A stretch of DNA of 17,427 bases from Gammaproteobacteria bacterium (lineage in GTDB: Bacteria > Pseudomonadota > Gammaproteobacteria > Eutrophobiales > Eutrophobiaceae), in contig CBDCDS010000002.1 of NCBI GenBank assembly GCA_965215365.1, positions 1 through 17,427 of the forward strand. The letters are read 5' to 3'. Below are positions 1-6,482 of this stretch, piece by piece. A program made the translations under genes and the position numbers. The notes beneath the pieces were generated by a model, which was not told where the DNA came from, searched no databases, and saw only the letters and a list, made by a program, of their open reading frames with translations. How positions within the stretch are numbered: position 1 is the stretch's first letter; the number at the start of each line of letters is the position of its first letter.

Positions 1-1
1 G

Positions 2-3000
2 AGCGAAGGCAAGAAGTACACCATTACCGTGGGCGGTCAGACGGGTGGGCTGAACGACTCCGTGCTCAAGCTGCTCGACAGCAAGGGCGGTCTGATTATG
101 GAGAACGATGATGTGATGCCGAGGAAGGGCGATTTATCCTCGAAGATAGAGTTCACGCCCGAGGCGGGCAGTGGCACGCAGACCTATTACCTGAGTGTGA
201 GTGGTTATGCGGCCAACCCGGGCGTCGTGAACACCGGCGCTTACACAGTGAAAGTGATGGAAGTGGTGGTGTTGCCGGTGGGCGCTGGGGCTGATATTAC
301 TGGCACGGACAAAGACGACAAGCTTATCGGCACCAACGGTGCTGAGAAGATTATGGGTAAGGATGGCGACGATACCTTGGACGGCATGGGCGGCGATGAC
401 ACCTTGCACGGTGGGCCTGGCAACGACCTGCTTATCGGTGGTCCGGGTGCGGATAAGTTGCAGGGGCAGGCCGGGACCGACACCATCTCCTACCAGGGCT
501 CGGCCATGGGCGTGACCATTAACCTGCGTGACGGCAGTGCCATGGGCGGCGATGCCGAGGGCGATACGCTTGGCAGCGATATTGAGAACGTGATTGGTTC
601 TGACCAGGACGACATGATTACCGGCACCGACAAAGTGTCCCCGGAAGTAGACAATCGACTGTGGGGCCTGGGCGGCATGGACCGTCTGTATGGCGGTGAA
701 GGCAATGACATGCTCTACGGCGGCCCCGGCGATGACATACTCAATGGCGGCGATGAAGACGATACACTCGAAGGCGGCCCCGGTGCCGATGAGCTGACCG
801 GCGGTCGTGGTGATGATAGAGCGTCCTATGCCAGTTCCGCCGCCGGTGTCACTGTACGCCTGCACTCCGGTCAGGCCAGGGGCGGTGATGCTGAGGGGGA
901 TACCTGGGGCAATCTGGAACCGAACGAAGTAGGTGACATGACCGAGATGGTGCCTGACATCGAGAATCTGACCGGCTCGGCTCACGCTGATGTGCTGGCC
1001 GGTGACGGCCGGAATAACGTCATCAGGGGTGGTGCCGGCGACGACCGCATCTACGGCGGTCCGGGTGGTGGTGACGACATGCTGTACGGCGATGCTGGCA
1101 ACGACCGGATCTACGGTGGCCGGGGTGATGACGAACTCTACGGTGGCCCCGGCAATGACCATCTCTGGGGCAACAGTGGTACAGATATCCTGGAAGGCGG
1201 CCCTGGCAACGATACGTATTACTTACATGCGAGCGCGGCGGGTGAAGTAGTAGATACCGTCACTGAGTCAGCCATGGCCGGTACCGACACTGTCACCTTT
1301 GCGGGTTCGCGTTTCGGGGTTACCAGCAGTTATACCCTCGGCCCTAATGTCGAGAATGTTATCGGCAGCTCGGAGAATGACACCCTCGTCGGTAATGCCT
1401 TATCGAATATCATTGAGGGCGGTGACGGTGCTGATGTGCTGACAGGTCAGTCCGACGATACCCTGTCCTACGCCAGTTCCGACCGGCGTGTGCGGGTGAA
1501 CCTCAGCGACAACTCAGCCTCCGGCGGCCACGCTGCAGGCGACACAATTTCCGGGTTTACCAACATCATGGGCTCGGCGCACGGTGATGTCATCACCGGC
1601 GACGGGAGTGTCAACACCCTGTGGGGTCTTGGCGGTGACGATACCCTAGACGGTGGTGCCGGTAACGACACCTTAGAAGGTGGCGCTGGTGCTGATGAGC
1701 TCGATGGCGGTAAGAGTGGCGCAGCGGGTGCGGCGAACACCGAAGTAAACACCCTGTCCTACGCCATGTCGAATGCGGCCGTGATGGTGAATCTGGCCAC
1801 GGCCACTGCCTCGGGCGGTCACGCCGACGGGGACGATATTGAGACCTATGAATACACCGGTCCGGAAGGTGATAAGGATGAAATAGATGTAGCCACCTTC
1901 GTCAACGTCACCGGCTCCGACCACAATGACCGCCTCACCGGCGACCGCTTCGGCAACACCCTCGCTGGCGGCAAAGGCAATGACACCTTGCGCGGTGGCG
2001 CTGGCGGTGACACCCTCAACGGTGGCCCGGGTGCTGATATGCTGGACGGCGGCGGTGCCATGGGTGACGAAGACTGGGCGGTGTACCGCGCGGCCTCGGC
2101 GGGTGTGACGGTGAACCTGAATACCAACACCGGTACGGGCGGTGAGGCCATGGGTGATACGCTCAAGAATATCGAATTAGTATGGGGTTCCAGGCAAGAC
2201 GACACGTTCATCGCCAGTGAAGGCGCCGACATCATCCACGGTGACGGCGGCAGTGATACCGTGTCCTATGCGGCATCGAAGCAGGGCGTGACCGTTGTGT
2301 TGACAGGTAACGGTAGTACAACGTTCGATGCTGACGGCCCCGACGATATCGCGGGCAATGACGATGATAATGCGTTTCTTGCAGCCACCGATGCCATTGT
2401 TGGCTATTGGCGGGCTGGTGGGAGCGATGACGGCGCTAATAGCGACAGGCCAACCCCTGTCCAGGCAGCTAGTGGTACCGTAAGAAGCTTCGCCGAAGGC
2501 GATATTCTGGCCAGCATTGAGAATGTGACCGGTTCCAGCCTCGACGATACGATTACCGGCGATGCTGTTGCCAACGTTATCCAGGGCGGTGCCGGGAAGG
2601 ACACGCTCATGGGCGGAGGCGGCGACGATACCATTCACGGTGATGCCGGCGACGATATCATTCACGGTGATGCCGGCAACGACACGCTGAAAGGCATGGC
2701 TGGTAGCGATAAAATCAGAGGCTTTGCCGGCAACGATACCATCGAAGGCGGTGCCGGTGATGATGAGCTCACGGGTGACGGTGACACAAATGATCCTGAC
2801 GGTGGCGACGGTACTGCCGGTCGTGATACCTTCGTCTTTGCGCCCGGTCATGGCAGTGATGTCATTACGGATTTTAATGCGGGTAATGACGGTGTAGGCG
2901 GCGACAGGATTGACCTGTCCGCCTTTGACCTGACTGCCGCCGCCCTCAAAGCGGTTATCATGGTGCGTGCCGGTAATACCATCATTAATCTCGAAGGTTA

Positions 3001-3175
3001 TGGGGGTGGCAGGATTACTCTTCAGGGTCTAAGTGACTTGGACCTGTTGGATATTGAAGCGAATGGTGATACTGATGAAGATAATGACATCGACACACTG
3101 AGCGAATTTAAGGACATGAATGGTGATGATGCTGGTGTCGGTGATGGTGGAACAGACGGCATCTTCATCCTCTAA
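2..3175 (+). CDS. RTX-family Ca2+-binding repeat protein (T1SS substrate, adhesin/S-layer-like), 5'-truncated, with a PPC-like domain at the window edge
   Basis: The frame is open from base 2 (SEGKKYTITVGGQ...), so the GTG at 29 is probably not the true start. Many GGxGxDxLx nonapeptides and about 7 'DTxSYxxS..GVTxNL..GGxAEGD..IENxxGS' modules. The N-terminal 'DSVLKLLDSKG...TYYLSVSGY...GAYTVKV' resembles a PPC domain. Serralysin-like tail 'GRDTFVF..GSDVITDF..DRIDLS', ending DGIFIL. Confidence 0.93.
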   Translation, partial: SEGKKYTITVGGQTGGLNDSVLKLLDSKGGLIMENDDVMPRKGDLSSKIEFTPEAGSGTQTYYLSVSGYAANPGVVNTGAYTVKVMEVVVLPVGAGADITGTDKDDKLIGTNGAEKIMGKDGDDTLDGMGGDDTLHGGPGNDLLIGGPGADKLQGQAGTDTISYQGSAMGVTINLRDGSAMGGDAEGDTLGSDIENVIGSDQDDMITGTDKVSPEVDNRLWGLGGMDRLYGGEGNDMLYGGPGDDILNGGDEDDTLEGGPGADELTGGRGDDRASYASSAAGVTVRLHSGQARGGDAEGDTWGNLEPNEVGDMTEMVPDIENLTGSAHADVLAGDGRNNVIRGGAGDDRIYGGPGGGDDMLYGDAGNDRIYGGRGDDELYGGPGNDHLWGNSGTDILEGGPGNDTYYLHASAAGEVVDTVTESAMAGTDTVTFAGSRFGVTSSYTLGPNVENVIGSSENDTLVGNALSNIIEGGDGADVLTGQSDDTLSYASSDRRVRVNLSDNSASGGHAAGDTISGFTNIMGSAHGDVITGDGSVNTLWGLGGDDTLDGGAGNDTLEGGAGADELDGGKSGAAGAANTEVNTLSYAMSNAAVMVNLATATASGGHADGDDIETYEYTGPEGDKDEIDVATFVNVTGSDHNDRLTGDRFGNTLAGGKGNDTLRGGAGGDTLNGGPGADMLDGGGAMGDEDWAVYRAASAGVTVNLNTNTGTGGEAMGDTLKNIELVWGSRQDDTFIASEGADIIHGDGGSDTVSYAASKQGVTVVLTGNGSTTFDADGPDDIAGNDDDNAFLAATDAIVGYWRAGGSDDGANSDRPTPVQAASGTVRSFAEGDILASIENVTGSSLDDTITGDAVANVIQGGAGKDTLMGGGGDDTIHGDAGDDIIHGDAGNDTLKGMAGSDKIRGFAGNDTIEGGAGDDELTGDGDTNDPDGGDGTAGRDTFVFAPGHGSDVITDFNAGNDGVGGDRIDLSAFDLTAAALKAVIMVRAGNTIINLEGYGGGRITLQGLSDLDLLDIEANGDTDEDNDIDTLSEFKDMNGDDAGVGDGGTDGIFIL

Positions 3176-3220
3176 TCCCAAGTAGTAACCCAACTTCCCG
3201 TTCACGGAAGTAAACGAACC

Positions 3221-3269
3221 CAGGGGCTACCCGGCAGCGCACGCTGCTGACGTAGCCCCTGTTTTATTT
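3221..3269 (+). terminator. Rho-independent terminator-like hairpin after the RTX gene
   Basis: CAGGGGCTAC...GTAGCCCCTG outer stem, CGGCAGCG-CA-CGCTGCTG inner stem, followed by TTTTATTT. Confidence 0.75.
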
Positions 3270-3317
3270 GTACCTCCCTGCCTTTGCCCAGCCCGAACAG
3301 CAAAACCTTCACAGCTT

Positions 3318-3333
3318 TGTGAGAAAACTCACA
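3318..3333. promoter_or_regulatory. CRP-family binding site upstream of gene A1
   Basis: TGTGA-gaaaac-TCACA, a perfect CRP core. Its centre is 26.5 bp upstream of the start of the TTGACA hexamer (class I spacing). Confidence 0.65.
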
Positions 3334-3351
3334 AAACCCAACAAAAAACCA

Positions 3352-3379
3352 TTGACAACACCCCCGGATACCCTATACT
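3352..3379 (+). promoter_or_regulatory. sigma70-type promoter of gene A1
   Basis: TTGACA (3352-3357), 16 nt, TATACT (3374-3379). SD AAGGAG at 3417-3422. Confidence 0.75.
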
Positions 3380-3429
3380 GGAAAACACGATAACCCGTTG
3401 TACCAAACCGGATACGAAGGAGACAGAAC

Positions 3430-3846
3430 ATGTCCATGGAACTCATTGCAATTATAAGCGCCACCATCGCGCTCGCCGGCCTCATTCTCAACGGCCAACG
3501 CGCCCAACGAGAAGAAACGCGCACCCTTCGCGCAGAGACACAGGCAGAATTCAAAGCCGTGCGCGCAGAGATGCAAGCCCAGCGCGCAGAGACACAGGCA
3601 CAATTCCAGGCCCAACGCGAAGAAATGCAAGCCCAACGCGCAGAGACACAGGCAGAGTTCAAGGCCCAGCGCACAGAGACACAAGCCCAATTCAAAGCCG
3701 TGCAAGAAGAATTCAAAACCACGCGAGCAGAGATAGGCGAGTTACGCGAACGCATGGCGCACTTAGAAGGCCTGGTGGGGGGACTGAGCGATGCGCTACT
3801 CAGCCGCCGCGTGGCGGAAGAGCCAGCAAAGTACGGCACCGACTGA
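3430..3846 (+). CDS. Family A coiled-coil protein A1 with hydrophobic N-terminus (138 aa; 11+7 residue repeats)
   Basis: AAGGAG SD and promoter upstream, hydrophobic LIAIISATIALAGLIL, RAETQAEFKAV/RAEMQAQ repeats, paralog at 4697. Confidence 0.85.
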   Translation: MSMELIAIISATIALAGLILNGQRAQREETRTLRAETQAEFKAVRAEMQAQRAETQAQFQAQREEMQAQRAETQAEFKAQRTETQAQFKAVQEEFKTTRAEIGELRERMAHLEGLVGGLSDALLSRRVAEEPAKYGTD

Positions 3847-3922
3847 GCCAAGCCACAGCCAACGGTTGCAGTCTGAATCCCGGCAGCAACCCAGCCTTCC
3901 CGTCCACAGAAGTAAACAAACC

Positions 3923-3970
3923 CAGCGGCTACCCGGCAGCGCATGCTGCTGACGTAGCCCCTGTTTTATT
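3923..3970 (+). terminator. Terminator-like hairpin after A1 (linker copy 2)
   Basis: Same hairpin as 3221 with one outer-stem mismatch (CAGCGGCTAC), then TTTTATT. Confidence 0.65.
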
Positions 3971-3988
3971 GCAGGGAGTGGTTTATTT

Positions 3989-4030
3989 TCCCACCGGACA
4001 CGGTAGTTCCCGCTAACCTCGGTAAGACAG
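3989..4030. repeat. REP/MITE-like palindromic element copy 1 (related to 12717-12780)
   Basis: GTAGTTCCCGCTAACC (4003-4018) is the exact reverse complement of 12745-12760. Both copies share the loop TCGG(T/C)AAGACAG. Confidence 0.6.
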
Positions 4031-4058
4031 CTGGGCGTAAAACGGGTAAGTTCTGCAG

Positions 4059-4145
4059 TTACTTCAAATTCCGGGTGGCCCTGTAGGCCATGTAACAAAA
4101 CACCAAGCCGACGCTCACCATCATAAGTGCGACAAACATATCCAT
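4059..4145 (-). CDS. Small 28-aa single-TM peptide MDMFVALMMVSVGLVFCYMAYRATRNLK
   Basis: Translated by hand (below the ORF-track cutoff). AAGAGGA SD lies in the last codons of the upstream 75-aa gene, and the ATG follows its stop after 2 nt. Hydrophobic core with a basic tail. Confidence 0.55.
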   Translation of the reverse strand: MDMFVALMMVSVGLVFCYMAYRATRNLK

Positions 4146-4147
4146 AG

Positions 4148-4375
4148 CTATTTCCTCTTTAGTTTCTTAATGAAACTTTCGGTGCTTGAACCAATAAACA
4201 CGACGAAACCTGTCGTCAGAAAGACCAACAGAGCAGCCCCGGTCACTAACCACTGTGGCGCCGAAAGATAGTTGTTTGCGAGCCAGCCACACAAACTGAT
4301 GTCCGTGACCAGCAGCACCCCAAGCCAGAGCTTATAGTAGCCGATTATTTCCTTTTCGTAGTCAAATCCCGACAT
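4148..4375 (-). CDS. Small two-TM membrane protein (75 aa), unknown function
   Basis: Two hydrophobic segments (LWLGVLLVTDISLCGWL; WLVTGAALLVFLTTGFVVFI), basic C-terminus, GGGGA SD, and an extended -10 TGtTATAGT on the minus strand at 4426-4434. Confidence 0.75.
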   Translation of the reverse strand: MSGFDYEKEIIGYYKLWLGVLLVTDISLCGWLANNYLSAPQWLVTGAALLVFLTTGFVVFIGSSTESFIKKLKRK

Positions 4376-4584
4376 TATTAAATCCCCACGTAAAGCATTA
4401 CGTACACCAAGCCGGTGACGATCAAACTATAACATCCATATTACCTGATCGACAAAACTTTTTTCGTCTTGCGAAAACGGCAGCGCCTCCCCGAGCTTCG
4501 CCCAGGTATTGCCATCCAGCCCTTACTGCGCGCAGGTTGAGGCGATATTCGCATCACTTGGTGAGATATGCGGGTTGGCAGTTT

Positions 4585-4646
4585 TGTGACAAACCCCACA
4601 AAACCCAACAAAAAACCATTGACAACACCCCCGGATACCCTATACT
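4585..4646 (+). promoter_or_regulatory. Degenerate CRP-like box plus sigma70 promoter of gene A2
   Basis: TGTGA-caaacc-CCACA (4585-4600), TTGACA 4619-4624, 16 nt, TATACT 4641-4646. Confidence 0.7.
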
Positions 4647-4696
4647 GGAAAACACGATAACCCGTTGTACCAAACCGGATACGAAGGAGACAGAAC

Positions 4697-5026
4697 ATGT
4701 CTATGGAACTCATCGCCATCATCAGCGCCGCCATCACGCTCATCGGCGCCATCATCGCCCTCGCCGGCCTCATTCTCAACGGCCAGCGCGCCCAACGCGA
4801 AGAAACGCGCACCCTTCGCGCAGAGACACAGGCAGAATTCAAAGCCGTGCGCGCAGAGATGCAAGCCCAACGCGCAGAGACACAGGCAGAATTCAAAACC
4901 ACGCGAGCAGAGATAGGCGAGTTACGCGAACGCATGGCGCACTTAGAAGGCCTGGTGGGGGGGCTGAGCGATGCGCTACTCAGCCGCCGCGTGGCGGAAG
5001 AACCGGCAAAGTACGGCACCGACTGA
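4697..5026 (+). CDS. Family A coiled-coil protein A2 (109 aa), paralog of A1
   Basis: Same SD and start. It has 7 more residues in the hydrophobic N-terminus and 36 fewer in the coil than A1, with an identical C-terminus. Confidence 0.85.
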   Translation: MSMELIAIISAAITLIGAIIALAGLILNGQRAQREETRTLRAETQAEFKAVRAEMQAQRAETQAEFKTTRAEIGELRERMAHLEGLVGGLSDALLSRRVAEEPAKYGTD

Positions 5027-5102
5027 GCCAAGCCATAACCAACGGTTACAGCCTGAATCCCGGCAGCAACCCAGCCTTCCCGTCCACAGAAGTCAACGAA
5101 CC

Positions 5103-5151
5103 CAGGGGCTACCCGGCAGCGCACGCTGCTGATGTAGCCCCTGTTTTATTT
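5103..5151 (+). terminator. Terminator-like hairpin after A2 (linker copy 3)
   Basis: CAGGGGCTAC...GTAGCCCCTG plus TTTTATTT. Confidence 0.72.
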
Positions 5152-5200
5152 GTACCTCCCTGCCCTTTGCCCAGCCCGAACAGCAAAACCTTTGCAGTTT

Positions 5201-5263
5201 TGTGAGAAAACTCACATTTTTCCGAAAAAAAACATGCAGCCCCACCCCTCAACAGGCTATAAT
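5201..5263 (+). promoter_or_regulatory. CRP box plus -10 element of gene B1 (class I CRP-dependent geometry)
   Basis: tttTGTGAgaaaacTCACAttt (core 5201-5216) and TATAAT at 5258-5263 with a poor -35. Box centre is 49.5 bp upstream of the -10 start. Confidence 0.68.
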
Positions 5264-5316
5264 CAGTTTCAGTGATCAAAACAAGGGGCCCTCACGGCTT
5301 CCGGGAGATAGTACCA

Positions 5317-5730
5317 ATGGACAAACAGACCATACACCTGATAACGCTGATCATAGCCATTGTAGGCTCCAGCACTTGGAGCCATACCAACCTGTCCGGC
5401 CGCATTGTCGCGGTGGAAAACCGGCTATCGGTCAGGATCAGTGAGGTGGAGAGTAAGCTGTCTGACAGGATCAATGAGGTGGAGAACAAGCTGTCCGCCA
5501 GGATCAATGAGGTGGAGAACAAGCTGTCTGACAGGATCAATGAAGTGGAGAAAAGACTGTCCGACCGAATTGCTGCGTTGGATGTACGCATGACAGACCT
5601 AGAGACAAGCGTGGTGAAGATTGATAAGCGCCTTGTTATTGTGGAAACCAGTCTGAAGGCCAATAACCAGTATATTGCCAGTGTTCTCGACCAACAGTTG
5701 CAACGCCTTGAAGCTCCTGGCGCGCAGTGA
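5317..5730 (+). CDS. Family B hendecad coiled-coil protein B1 (137 aa) with hydrophobic N-terminus
   Basis: ATG 5317 with GGGAG SD at 5303-5307, preferred over GTG 5272. LITLIIAIVG is followed by six LSxRIxxVExK-type 11-mers. Confidence 0.85.
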   Translation: MDKQTIHLITLIIAIVGSSTWSHTNLSGRIVAVENRLSVRISEVESKLSDRINEVENKLSARINEVENKLSDRINEVEKRLSDRIAALDVRMTDLETSVVKIDKRLVIVETSLKANNQYIASVLDQQLQRLEAPGAQ

Positions 5731-5808
5731 CAGGATTTTTCTCCTGCCTGCAAGCTGAGATCGGGATACTTCCAAGTCCAACTTCCCGTTCACGAAAGTC
5801 AACAACCC

Positions 5809-5857
5809 CAACGGCTACCCGGCAGCGCACGCTGCTGATGTAGCCCCTGTTTTATTT
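5809..5857 (+). terminator. Terminator-like hairpin after B1 (linker copy 4)
   Basis: Same hairpin with a weakened outer stem (CAACGGCTAC), then TTTTATTT. Confidence 0.6.
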
Positions 5858-5906
5858 GTACCTCCCTGCCCTTTGCCCAGCCCGAACAGCAAAACCTTTG
5901 CAGTTT

Positions 5907-5969
5907 TGTGAGAAAACTCACATTTTTCCGAAAAAAAACATGCAGCCCCACCCCTCAACAGGCTATAAT
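5907..5969 (+). promoter_or_regulatory. CRP box plus -10 element of gene B2
   Basis: Identical to 5201-5263 at offset 706. Confidence 0.68.
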
Positions 5970-6022
5970 CAGTTTCAGTGATCAAAACAAGGGGCCCTCA
6001 CGGCTTCCGGGAGATAGTACCA

Positions 6023-6469
6023 ATGGACAAACAGACCATACACCTGATAACGCTGATCATAGCCATTGTAGGCTCCAGCACTTGGAGCCATACCAACCTG
6101 TCCGGCCGCATTGTCGCGGTGGAAAACCGGCTATCGGTCAGGATCAGTGAGGTGGAGAGTAAGCTGTCTGACAGGATCAATGAGGTGGAGAACAAGCTGT
6201 CCGCCAGGATCAGTGAAGTGGAGAGCAAGCTGTCCGCTAGGATCAATGAGGTGGAGAACAAGCTGTCTGACAGGATCAATGAAGTGGAGAAAAGACTGTC
6301 CGACCGAATTGCTGCGTTGGATGTACGCATGACAGACCTAGAGACAAGCGTGGTGAAGATTGATAAGCGCCTTGTTATTGTGGAAACCAGTCTGAAGGCC
6401 AATAACCAGTATATTGCCAGTGTTCTCGACCAACAGTTGCAACGCCCTGATACCCCTGGCGCGCAGTGA
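6023..6469 (+). CDS. Family B hendecad coiled-coil protein B2 (148 aa), paralog of B1 with one extra 11-aa repeat
   Basis: Identical to B1 except for an inserted LSARISEVESK and RPDT versus RLEA near the C-terminus. Confidence 0.85.
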   Translation: MDKQTIHLITLIIAIVGSSTWSHTNLSGRIVAVENRLSVRISEVESKLSDRINEVENKLSARISEVESKLSARINEVENKLSDRINEVEKRLSDRIAALDVRMTDLETSVVKIDKRLVIVETSLKANNQYIASVLDQQLQRPDTPGAQ

Positions 6470-6482
6470 CAGGATTTTTCTT

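Larger units (their letters stand above)
3190..3333 (+). repeat. Inter-cassette linker copy 1 (other copies ~3890-3970 truncated, ~5070-5216, ~5778-5922)
   Basis: Near-identical CTTCCCGT(T/C)CAC..AAGT..GGCTACCCGGCAGCGCA(C/T)GCTGCTGA(C/T)GTAGCCCCTGTTTTATT at four positions. Copies 1, 3 and 4 continue to TGTGAGAAAACTCACA. Confidence 0.95.
3316..3970 (+). repeat. A-unit direct repeat copy 1 (copy 2 ~4583-5150)
   Basis: Promoter, SD and start are identical at offset 1267. Gene 3' half and downstream hairpin are near-identical. Confidence 0.92.

Noticed and set aside
2621-2683. 27-bp near-perfect tandem repeat (GDDxIHGDA x2)
   Set aside because: Ordinary RTX nonapeptide duplication.
134-2851. 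Long minus-strand ORFs inside the RTX gene
   Set aside because: Stop-poor antisense frames of Gly/Asp-rich repeats with no recognisable motifs.
4379-4440. Possible frameshifted paralog of the 28-aa peptide (ATGGAT...GGCTTGGTGT on the minus strand)
   Set aside because: The similarity is too short, and the region is better explained as the promoter and leader of the 75-aa gene.
3186-5922. Linker as integron attC sites (ACCCAAC and GTCCAAC match RYYYAAC)
   Set aside because: No matching GTTRRRY end, copies 2 and 3 lack the motif, the cassettes have their own promoters, and the recombinase is Cre-like, not IntI-like.
5390-6330. 33-bp periodic repeats as a CRISPR array
   Set aside because: They are contiguous in-frame coding repeats without unique spacers, and no cas genes are present.
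3309-6402. Antisense and alternate-frame ORFs over the array (e.g. 3309-3944, 4441-5124, 4537-5205, 5292-5753)
   Set aside because: Shadows of repetitive coding sequence. They cross terminators and promoters and lack SD support.
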